Part shown: positions 18,829-27,300 of the stretch, in pieces
Position numbering within the stretch: position 1 is the stretch's first letter
Layout: every line of letters begins with the position of its first letter
From: an uncultured Acidimicrobiia bacterium
GTDB lineage: Bacteria; Actinomycetota; Acidimicrobiia; Spongiisociales; UBA11373
Assembly (NCBI GenBank): GCA_964633975.1
Contig: CAZWKX010000003.1
Location: 20,765 to 84,764, forward strand
DNA: 64,000 bases
Direction of reading: 5' to 3'
Notes under the pieces: generated by a model
What the model was told of the DNA's origin: nothing
Seen by the model: only the letters and a program-made list of their open reading frames with translations
The model's database searches: none
Translations under genes and position numbers: made by a program

Positions 18829-19031
18829 CTCTCGGGTGGCAAACCCGAGCGCAGCATCTGCCATGCGCTCCTAAGACGCCACCACCCGAGAGCGGGACCC
18901 GGCGGCGTCTTCCTCCCACTCGCCGAAGAGTGATCGTGTACGCACAAGGAGCGTGAAGACATGACCCAACAAGCCCCGAACCACCTCGGTTCTCCCGCGG
19001 CCGAGGCCTCGGCGCGGAGACGGAGGAAGCC

Positions 19032-20129
19032 TTGATCCGTCCCACTCCCCCTCGCCCGTCCCGCGCCGGCGCCGGCATCGCCTACGGTCCCGACGAGGAA
19101 TCCCGCTTCTGGCATGCCGGCCCATTCACACTCGAATGCGGGGCCGAGCTGGAGGTCGAGGTGGCCTACCGCACCTGGGGAAGGCTCAACGCCGACCGGG
19201 ACAATGCCGTGATCGTGTGCCATGCCCTCACCGGCGATGCCAATGTGGACCGCTGGTGGGCTCCGGCGGTGGGCCCGGGGCGGGGGATCGACACCGACCG
19301 CTGGTTCGTCGTTGCCTCCAACGTCGTCGGGGGCTGCTACGGAACCACAGGGCCGACCTCACTGAACCCGACGACGGGCGAGCCCTGGGGCCCCGACTTC
19401 CCTCCGGTCACCATACGGGACATGGTGCGCCTGCAGCGAGGCCTGCTCGATGAGCTGGGAGTGCGGCGTGTCGCCACCGTGACGGGAGGGTCGATGGGGG
19501 GTATGCAGGCTCTCGAATGGGCCGCCATGTACCCGGAGGTCGTGGCCTCGATCGTGCCGATCGCGGTGGGCGCCGATCACTCGGCATGGTGCATTGGGCT
19601 CAGCGAGGCGCAGCGGAACGCCATCTTCGCCGATCCCAACTGGGCCGGTGGCCGCTACACCTACGATGCCCCGCCCCGGCATGGATTGGCCGTGGCGCGG
19701 CAGATCGGCATGATCTCCTACAGGAGCCCGGAGGCGTTCGGCCGCAAGTTCGGCCGGGGGAGCGAAGGGGAGATCTTCTCGGTGGAGGCGTGGCTGCGCT
19801 ACCACGGCGACGAACTCGTGCAGCGATTCGACGCCAATGCCTACGTCGGTCTCACCCGGGCCATGGACTCCCACAACATCGCCCGAGGCCGGGGGTCAAA
19901 GGCCGAGGCGCTCGGCGCCATCACCTGTCCGGCGCTGGTCGTGGGCATCACCTCCGATGTGCTCTATCCCCTGGCGGAGCAGCACGAGCTGGTTCGGCTG
20001 CTCGCCAACGCCGAGCTGTCCGTTCTCGACGTGCCCCACGGCCACGACGGCTTCCTCATCGAAGCCGGGACGGTGGCCGCCCGTATCGGGGCGTTTCTCG
20101 CCCGGCACGCCGATGTGAAGGTGGCGTGA
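19032..20129 (+). CDS. metX: Homoserine O-acetyltransferase
   Basis: 365 aa. Signatures NAVIVCHALTGD, GGSMGGMQALEW (nucleophile elbow) and HGHDGFLIE. TTG start at 19032 with GGAGGAAG upstream. Divergent from metY. Confidence 0.9.
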   Translation: MIRPTPPRPSRAGAGIAYGPDEESRFWHAGPFTLECGAELEVEVAYRTWGRLNADRDNAVIVCHALTGDANVDRWWAPAVGPGRGIDTDRWFVVASNVVGGCYGTTGPTSLNPTTGEPWGPDFPPVTIRDMVRLQRGLLDELGVRRVATVTGGSMGGMQALEWAAMYPEVVASIVPIAVGADHSAWCIGLSEAQRNAIFADPNWAGGRYTYDAPPRHGLAVARQIGMISYRSPEAFGRKFGRGSEGEIFSVEAWLRYHGDELVQRFDANAYVGLTRAMDSHNIARGRGSKAEALGAITCPALVVGITSDVLYPLAEQHELVRLLANAELSVLDVPHGHDGFLIEAGTVAARIGAFLARHADVKVA

Positions 20130-20134
20130 GGCGT

Positions 20135-21439
20135 ATGGGCACGTCACTGCGCCACGTCTTGCCGCACACCTGGAGGGCGGAGCAGAACCGCGCCTTGATC
20201 GGAGGCGTCGCCCTGGGCGACCTCGCCGCCGAGCACGGCACGCCGCTGTACGTCGTCGACGTCGCCCATGTGCGCAATCGCATCTCGGTGTACCGGCAGG
20301 CATTCGGTGACGGCGCCGTCCTCGCCTATGCGGCCAAGGCCTTCATCTGTCCGGCCTTTGCCGCCTTGCTCGATGCCGAGGGCTGGTGGGTGGACGTTGT
20401 CTCCCTGGGTGAGGCGCTGACCGCCAGGGCCGGGGGAGTGCCCGCGGAGAGGCTTATCCTCCACGGCAACAACAAGAGCGGGGAGGAGTTGCGCTTCGCC
20501 GCCGAAAACGGCGTCGGCAGGCTCGTGCTCGATCACCTCGAGGAGGCGGATGCCTGCGCCGCCGCGGCGGGCGAGGCCGGCACCGTGGTGCGCGTGCTGG
20601 TGCGCCTCGACCTGGAGGTGGGCGTCGCCACCCATCCCAAGGTCCGCACCTCAGGGCACGGATCCCATTTCGGCATGAGCCCCGCCCTCGCCTCGGAGGC
20701 CCTCCGCCGCATTGCCGCATCCGAGCATCTCGAGCTGGCCGGAGTTCACAGCCACATCGGCAGCCAGGTCGGCGACCTCGACTGCTTCCGAGCCGTCGCC
20801 GGGCGGCTCGTTGACTTCGTGGCCGAGCATCTGGACGCCTTCCCCGATGTCGTCGAGATCGATGTGGGAGGGGGCTTGGCAGCGCCCTATCTGCGGCGGG
20901 ACCGCGAGATACCCATTACCGACTACGCCGCTGCCGTCATCGGGGCCGTCGAGGAGGCGGCGCAGAGGCGGGGAGTCGATTCGGTGCAGCTGATCGCGGA
21001 GCCGGGCCGATCGATCGTGGCGAACGCCGGCGTCACCCTGTATCGAGTAGGGGCGCGCAAGGAGGATGGAGGGCATCCCATCCTCGCTGTCGACGGAGGG
21101 ATGTCGGACAATCCCCGCCCCGTTCTCTACGGTTCGGCGTACGAGCTGGTTCTTCCGGAGCGCATCTGCGATCCGGCGGGCACGCTGTTCCGCGTCGTCG
21201 GACGCCATTGTGAAGCCGGGGACGTTGTCGCTCCGGCGGCGCCGCTTCCGTCCGACACCGGTCCCGGCGATCTCTTGGCCGTGCTGGTCACCGGCGCCTA
21301 TACCTTTGCCATGTCCAGCCGCTACAACATGGTGCCCCGGGCCGCCGTCGTCTTCGTGGAGGAGGGCTCGGCGGAGGTGGTCGTGCCTCGTGAGGACCTC
21401 ACCGCCGTCGTCGGGGGCGTCGCGGCGGGCACGACGTAG
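20135..21439 (+). CDS. lysA: Diaminopimelate decarboxylase (Orn/DAP/Arg decarboxylase family 2)
   Basis: Internal ATG at 20135, 5 nt after the metX stop. Signatures GTPLYVVD, YAAKAF (PLP Lys), HIGSQ, DVGGGL, EPGRSIVA and HCEAGD. Confidence 0.8.
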   Translation: MGTSLRHVLPHTWRAEQNRALIGGVALGDLAAEHGTPLYVVDVAHVRNRISVYRQAFGDGAVLAYAAKAFICPAFAALLDAEGWWVDVVSLGEALTARAGGVPAERLILHGNNKSGEELRFAAENGVGRLVLDHLEEADACAAAAGEAGTVVRVLVRLDLEVGVATHPKVRTSGHGSHFGMSPALASEALRRIAASEHLELAGVHSHIGSQVGDLDCFRAVAGRLVDFVAEHLDAFPDVVEIDVGGGLAAPYLRRDREIPITDYAAAVIGAVEEAAQRRGVDSVQLIAEPGRSIVANAGVTLYRVGARKEDGGHPILAVDGGMSDNPRPVLYGSAYELVLPERICDPAGTLFRVVGRHCEAGDVVAPAAPLPSDTGPGDLLAVLVTGAYTFAMSSRYNMVPRAAVVFVEEGSAEVVVPREDLTAVVGGVAAGTT

Positions 21440-21491
21440 ATCCGCAGCCAAGATTCAGTGTGCGTCCTCGATTCCCGCTTCGTGGGTCTAT

Positions 21492-21985
21492 TCAACTTGG
21501 GGCAGTGGCCGGCGAGGCATCCATCCGGAGGCATCTTCCTAGGACGCTGCCGGGGCCAGCGGGTCTCTTTGGCGATGTCCTCTTGGAGCCGCTCCTGGAT
21601 GCGCGGGATCTCGTCGAGCACATCGGTGCGATACCACTTAGGCCCGATGTGGGCCCGATGCATGTTGAGCGGGGTGGTGCCCGCACCAGCGACCTGGGGT
21701 CGCTCATGATGAGCTTGCCGGAGTCGAGTACAAGGATGCGGCGGTCGCTGGCTTCCACAGCCCGATAGTTGTTGAGGCTGACGAACGCCGCCGCTCCGAG
21801 AAGGACGAGGAGGCCGGTCATGAGTCCGGTGTATTCGTCCTCCCGGAAGTCGATGAAGCCAAACGGCGGTCCAATGAAGAGCACGGTTCACCTTTGGGTC
21901 ACCGGCTGCGTGGCGAATAGGGCTGGGATCTGGCCGCCCGGCTCGGCACCTCGGAGTCTATTTTGGTCTTCGGTCCGATTGCCAT
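21492..21985 (-). pseudogene. Decayed paralog of the 22056-22484 gene (two frame changes and an in-frame TGA)
   Basis: Homology to the intact neighbour is split over three frames. MAIGPKTKIDSE starts at ATG 21985. AEPGGQIPALFATQPVTQR then runs into TGA at 21888-21890. ...SLNNYRAVEASDRRILVLDSGKL...IGPTSGL follows. The conserved KWYRTDVLDEIPRIQERLQEDIAKETRW continues in another frame after about 21637-21640. Confidence 0.65.
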
Positions 21986-22055
21986 GATGGGCTCCTCCTC
22001 GGAAACAGGCATGCCGGAGGGCCGAACCGAGGATGAGGCTCGGGGTGTCTCAGGC

Positions 22056-22484
22056 CTAGCCGGAATACGCCGGAGGAGGAGGAGGCGGCGGCGGGGGAAG
22101 CAGTGTGCCCGCCGGGGGCTGGGTCCAGGCCCATGCGTCGGCCTGCGCGATGTCCTTGAAGAACCGCTTGTGGATCCGCAGCACCTCACCAAGTGCATTG
22201 GTGCGGTACCAGATCAGCCCCGATGCGGGCCCGATACGTGTGTAGCGCGGTAGCACCCACTTGATCGATTTGGGGTTGCCCAGTATGAGCTTGCCGGACT
22301 CGAGCACGAGGATGCGGCGGTCGGTGGCCACCACACACCGGTAGTTGTTGATCATGAAAAAGAAGACCAGTCCGAGCAAGACCAACCACTGACTCGCCGT
22401 CTGCGCGGCAAGAACGGCCTGGATCTGCTCACCAGGCTCCAGGAACTGTTGAGAGTTGCGGATGATCTTCGGCCTGATGGCCAT
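22056..22484 (-). CDS. Small membrane-anchored hypothetical protein with poly-proline C-terminus (intact paralog)
   Basis: ATG at 22484 is preceded by CAAGGAG. 142 aa: MAIRPKIIRNSQQ..., one TM (WLVLLGLVFFFMI), a conserved NNYRCVVATDRRILVLESGKL block (possibly bacterial PH-like, tentative), and a C-terminal PPPPPPPPP run. Confidence 0.6.
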   Translation of the reverse strand: MAIRPKIIRNSQQFLEPGEQIQAVLAAQTASQWLVLLGLVFFFMINNYRCVVATDRRILVLESGKLILGNPKSIKWVLPRYTRIGPASGLIWYRTNALGEVLRIHKRFFKDIAQADAWAWTQPPAGTLLPPPPPPPPPAYSG

Positions 22485-22584
22485 GACTGACTCCTTGTCG
22501 ATATGAGGCGCATGATAGGGAGGCCACCCCGGGGTCTTCACCTCGTTGCCCGTGGCACATTGCCGCGCCGCATCGGTGGTGACA

Positions 22585-22613
22585 TTGACTCTCCTGGTTC
22601 GATCCGCCATACT
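22585..22613 (+). promoter_or_regulatory. Putative sigma-A type promoter of the cimA leader
   Basis: TTGACT (22585-22590), 17-bp spacer, CATACT (22608-22613). The -10 hexamer and the 10-nt distance to the following ATG match the ilvB leader promoter. Confidence 0.5.
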
Positions 22614-22623
22614 CGTTCGCCAG

Positions 22624-22656
22624 ATGGCAGTAACGACCACCTGCATGATTACCTAG
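22624..22656 (+). CDS. Candidate 10-codon leader peptide MAVTTTCMIT (Thr/Ile/Val-rich)
   Basis: ATG GCA GTA ACG ACC ACC TGC ATG ATT ACC TAG starts 10 nt after the -10 box, so it is effectively leaderless. The stop is followed directly by two hairpins. Confidence 0.45.
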   Translation: MAVTTTCMIT

Positions 22657-22658
22657 GC

Positions 22659-22716
22659 GCACACGCCTCATAGGCGTGTGCTCAGTGACCTCCGCCCCGG
22701 CGGAGGTCTTTCAGTT
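22659..22716 (+). terminator. Tandem hairpins in the cimA leader; the second is terminator-like
   Basis: H1 is GCACACGCC (22659-22667) / GGCGTGTGC (22673-22681). H2 is GACCTCCGC (22687-22695), loop cccg, GCGGAGGTC (22700-22708), followed by TTTCAGTT. It ends 20 nt before the cimA ATG. Confidence 0.5.
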
Positions 22717-22735
22717 GGCGAGCAAAGAGCAGGCC

Positions 22736-24304
22736 ATGGAAGCCTTGGAGATATACGACACGACGCTTCGGGACGGCACGCAGTGGGAAGGACTCTCGCT
22801 CACCGTCAGAGACAAGCTCGAAGTGGCCCGGCTCATCGACGGAATAGGTGTCCGCTTCATCGAGGGCGGATGGCCCGGGGCCAATCCCAAGGACGACGAG
22901 TTCTTCGCCAGGGCCGCCGCCGAGTTGGAGCTGAACAACGCGGTGCTCGTGGCTTTCGGCTCGACGTGCCGTCCCGGCGCAGACGCGGCCTCGGATCCTC
23001 AGCTCAGGGCTCTCCTGGAAGCCGGAACCGAGGTGATCTGCATCGTCGGCAAGGCCTGGGACTATCACGTGACCGAAGCGCTGCGCGTGGACCTCGAAGA
23101 GGGCGAGCGGATGGTGGCCGACTCGATTGCCGTGCTCCGGTCAGCGGGCCGGCGGGTGTTCTTCGACGCCGAGCACTTCTTCGATGGCCATCGGGCCAAT
23201 CCGGAGTATGCCTTGCGTGTGCTCCGCTCCGCGCATGCCGCCGGGGCGGAACGTCTCGTGCTCTGCGACACCAACGGTGGTGTTCTTCCGTCGGAGGCGG
23301 CCACGGTGATCGCCGCCGCCGTCGCCGCCATGCCCGACGCTGTCTTCGGAGCCCACTTCCACAACGATGCCGGTTGCGCGGTGGCCAACACGCTCGCCGC
23401 CGTCGAGGCCGGCGTCGTCCAGGTTCAAGGCTGCATCAACGGCTACGGGGAACGCACCGGCAACGCCGACCTGTGCACGGTGATCCCAAACCTCGTGCTC
23501 AAGATGGGCAGGGAAGTCGTGAGTCGCGATCAGCTCGCCGCGCTCGCTCCGGTGGCGCATCACATCGCCGAGATAACGAATACCAACATCGACGCGCATC
23601 ACCCCTACATAGGCAGCGCGGCCTTTGCGCACAAGGCCGGACTTCACACTTCGGCGCTGCGCCGCAGGCCGGATGCCTACGAGCACATCGATCCCGCCAC
23701 CGTGGGCAATACGACGTCGATGGTGGTCTCCGAGCTGATGGGAAGGGCCACCGTGCTGGCTCGGGCGAAGGAGAAGGGCTGGGACCTGGATGCCGAGACC
23801 GCCGGCCTGGTGGTCGAGCAGGTGAAGGACCTCGAGCACCAGGGTTACTTGTTCGAGGCCGCCGATGCGTCGTTCGAGCTTCTCGTGCGCCGGGCCACGG
23901 GCTGGAAGCAGAACCTGTTCGGCGTCGACTCGTTCCGTATCTCGTCCGAGCGCAACGAGGACGGGGTGGAGCTTGTCGAGGCCGAGGTCGTGGTGTCGGT
24001 CGAGGGCCGTCGGTTCACTGTGACCGAGCAGGGGGATGGGCCGGTGCATGCCTTGGACAAGGCGCTGCGGGCGGCTCTGGCCACCGCCTACCCGGAGGTC
24101 GAGCACCTCAGGCTCACCGACTACCGGGTGCGCGACCTCGATTCATCCGACGGCACCGCGGCGCGGGTGCGAGTGCTGGTGGAGACCTCCGACAGGACGG
24201 ACAGCTGGAGTACCGTCGGCCTGAACCGCAACATCATTGCCGCGTCCCTCGAGGCGGTCGAAGAGGGGATCGTATTCGGGCTGCTGCGCGCCGGGAGAGT
24301 GTGA
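22736..24304 (+). CDS. cimA: (R)-citramalate synthase (LeuA-family, CimA type)
   Basis: LEIYDTTLRDGTQWEGLSLTV, FIEGGWPGANPKDDEFF, HFHNDAGCAVAN and a C-terminal LeuA-dimer-like regulatory domain. About 522 aa from the ATG at 22736. Confidence 0.8.
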   Translation: MEALEIYDTTLRDGTQWEGLSLTVRDKLEVARLIDGIGVRFIEGGWPGANPKDDEFFARAAAELELNNAVLVAFGSTCRPGADAASDPQLRALLEAGTEVICIVGKAWDYHVTEALRVDLEEGERMVADSIAVLRSAGRRVFFDAEHFFDGHRANPEYALRVLRSAHAAGAERLVLCDTNGGVLPSEAATVIAAAVAAMPDAVFGAHFHNDAGCAVANTLAAVEAGVVQVQGCINGYGERTGNADLCTVIPNLVLKMGREVVSRDQLAALAPVAHHIAEITNTNIDAHHPYIGSAAFAHKAGLHTSALRRRPDAYEHIDPATVGNTTSMVVSELMGRATVLARAKEKGWDLDAETAGLVVEQVKDLEHQGYLFEAADASFELLVRRATGWKQNLFGVDSFRISSERNEDGVELVEAEVVVSVEGRRFTVTEQGDGPVHALDKALRAALATAYPEVEHLRLTDYRVRDLDSSDGTAARVRVLVETSDRTDSWSTVGLNRNIIAASLEAVEEGIVFGLLRAGRV

Positions 24305-24368
24305 GGGAGGCGGCGGTGAGGCGCATGCGACCCGCTCCCACCGACGGCAGAGCCCCGGAGGTGGAACG

Positions 24369-27300
24369 GTGAACGACTATGTTTCCGCGGCTAAGGAGCG
24401 TGTCGTCATCTACGACGGCGCCGCCGGCACCACGCTGCATGACGCCGGCCTCGGCGCCGACGACTACGGCGGTGCGGCCTACGAGGGCTGTCCCGAGATC
24501 CTGAACCTGACCAGGCCCGATGTCGTCGCCTCTTTGCACTCCTCGTTTCTGGAGCTCGGCGTCGACGTCGTCGAGACGAACACGCTGGGCGCCTTCACCG
24601 TTCCGCTGGCCGAGTACGGCCTGGCCGACAGGGCCTACGAGCTAGCCCGGGCTGGAGCCGTCATCGCCAAGGAGGTGGCCGTCGACTTCACCACCGCCGA
24701 TCAGCCGCGCTGGGTGGCCGGGTCGATGGGCCCCGGCACCAAGCTGGCCTCTCTGGGCCAGATCGGCTTCGCCCAGCTCAGGGACGCCTACGAGGTTATG
24801 GCCTCGGGGCTGCTCGACGGGGGAGTCGATCTCTTCATCATCGAGACGCAATTCGATCTGCTCGGCCTCAAGGCGGCGGTGATCGGCGCCAGGCGGGCTA
24901 TGGCCGCCGCAGGCCGCCTCGTGCCCATCCAGGCCCAGGTCACGATCGAGGCGAACGGCCGCATGCTGCCCGGCACCGATATCGAGGCGGCGCTGGCCGC
25001 CGTCGATGCTTTGCGGCCCGACGTCTTTGGGCTCAACTGCGGGACGGGTCCCGCCGAGATGTACGGGCCGCTTCGCCATCTCTCGCGCCGATCCCGCGTC
25101 CCGATCTCGTGCCAGCCCAATGCCGGCATCCCCGAGGTCGTCGGAGGCGAGGCTCACTTCGGCCTCGGAGCGGAGGAGCTGGCCGACCACCTCGCCGCTT
25201 TCGTCACCGATCTAGGAGTCAGCGTGGTGGGCGGGTGTTGCGGCACCACCGTCGATCATCTGCGTGCGGTCATCGAGCGGTGCCGGGATCTCGATCCGGT
25301 GCCACGCCCGGTGGAACACGAGCCGGGAGCCACATCGACGTACGGGTTCGTTCCTTTTGAGCAGGAGACTTCGATCCTGCTCATCGGAGAGCGGACCAAC
25401 GTCAACGGGTCGAAGAAGTTCAGCGAGGCCCTGCTGACCGGCGATTGGGACACGTGCGTGAAGATGGGCCGCGAGCAGGTCGCCGAGTCGGCGCACCTGC
25501 TCGACGTTTGCGTCGACTATGTGGGCCGGGATGGCGCCGCCGACATGGATGCACTCGCCTCCCGCTTCGCCACCGGCATCGATTCGCCCCTCGTCCTCGA
25601 CTCCACCGAGCCCGAGGTCATGAGAGCCGGCCTCGAACGGCTTGGCGGAAGGTCGGTGCTGAACTCGGCCAACCTCGAGGATGGTGATGCACCGGGTTCC
25701 CGGTTCGACCGGGTGCTCTCGCTGGCGCGGGAGCACGGTGCGGCGGTCGTGTGCCTGCTCATCGACGAGGAGGGTCAAGCCCGGAGCGTCGAGAGAAAGA
25801 TGCAGATCGCCCGTCGTATCTTCGAGCTGGCCACGGCGAGGTACGGCCTGGAGCCGGCGGACTTGTTCTTCGACGCGCTCACCTTCCCGCTGTCCACCGG
25901 CGGCGACGAGCTGCGAGGCGACGCTGTGGCCACCATCGAGGCGGTGCGGCGCATCAAGGAGGAGCTCCCCGGGGTCTACACCGTGCTCGGCGTCTCCAAT
26001 GTGTCTTTCGGCCTCAAGCCTGCGGCGCGTCATGCACTCAACTCGGTGTTCCTCCACGAGTGTGTAGAGGCGGGACTCGATGCTGCCATCGTTCACGCCG
26101 GCCGCATCCGGCCGCTCAACAAGATCCCCGCCGAGCAGGCCGAGGCCTGCCTCGACCTGATCTACGATCGGAGACGGCCCGGCTACGACCCGCTGGAGCG
26201 TGTGATCGGGCTGTTCGCCGACGTGGACGCGGTCGAGAGCACGATCGATGATCGGAGCGCGCTCTCGTTGGAGGAACGTCTCCTCCACCGCATCGTTGAT
26301 GGAGACCGGGACGGCCTCGAGGACGATCTCGACGAAGCGTTGGGCGCCGGCTGGGATCCACTGGATCTGATCAACGATGTGCTCCTCGGGGCCATGAAGA
26401 CCGTGGGGGATCTTTTCGCCTCGGGCTCGATGCAGCTGCCCTTCGTCCTGCAGTCGGCCGAGGTCATGAGGGCGGCGGTGGCCCGGCTCGAGCCTCACAT
26501 GGAGAGGGAGGGCGTCTCGGGACGGGGATCCATCGTGCTCGCCACGGTCAAGGGCGACGTGCACGACATCGGCAAGAACCTCGTGGACATCATCCTGCGC
26601 AACAACGGCTACCAGGTGCACAACCTGGGCATAAAGGTCGAAATCGACGCCATCATCGAGAAGGCGCTCGAGGTCGGTGCCGATGCCATAGGAATGAGCG
26701 GCCTGTTGGTGAAGAGCACGCTCGTCATGCGGGACAACCTCGAAGAGCTGAAGCGTCGCGGCCTGGGTCATCTGCCCGTTTTGCTCGGCGGCGCAGCCCT
26801 CACCCGCAGGTACGTGGAGGATGATCTGCGCCGGGCCTACGCGGGTCCTCTCTTCTACGGAAAGGACGCCTTTGCCGCCCTCGACGTCATGTCGCGTCTC
26901 GGTCAGCGCGAGGGCCTCGCCGCCGCCCCGGCCGGTCGGGAGCCGGCCCGAAGGGGTGCTCGTGTCACAGCAGGCGACCTGCCGGCGCACTCTCCCATGG
27001 TCGAGGCCGACAACCCCGTCTTTGAGCCCCCGTTCCTCGGGTCGCGGGTGGCCGATGAGATCCCGCTCGACCAGGTGACCGCCTACCTGAACGAGACAAC
27101 TCTCTTTCGCAACCAATGGAAATACCGGCCCGAGCCGGGGGAGGGCGACGGCGAGTTCCGTGTGCGGTTGCGCCCCATGATCGAGCAGCAGCTGTCTGCT
27201 CTCGAGCCCTTCGTCGAGGCGAAGGTCGTCTACGGCTACTTCGCCGTCAACGCGCAAGGGGACGAGCTCATCGTATGGGAAGGCGCCGACCGCCACAGTG

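Noticed and set aside
18874-19031. A second riboswitch on the metX side of the divergent intergenic region
   Set aside because: Only one hairpin (AAGACGCC...GGCGGCGTCTT) is present. None of the SAM-core motifs (AUCxxGAG, GCAACC, GGUGC) occur on the plus strand.
19517-20134. Long N-terminal extensions in the ORF track. Examples are lysA from 19517, the MTHFR-like gene from 27347, the ABC ATPase from 57291, FetB from 58418, the vWA protein from 3688, the sulfotransferase to 10563, GT2 to 9583, metY to 18719, the beta-helix protein to 53118 and the toroid protein from 52694.
   Set aside because: The extensions overlap upstream genes or are R/P-rich. Internal starts with a Shine-Dalgarno, a signal peptide or a start-stop overlap give products that begin where family homology begins.
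22678-24372. A 564-aa plus-strand ORF in an alternative frame over cimA. The same type occurs at 10464-11780, 16815-17792, 36546-37130, 59116-60444 and 62705-63613.
   Set aside because: The products are Arg/Gly/Pro-rich frame-shadow translations of well-supported genes. They have no start-site signals and no family motifs.
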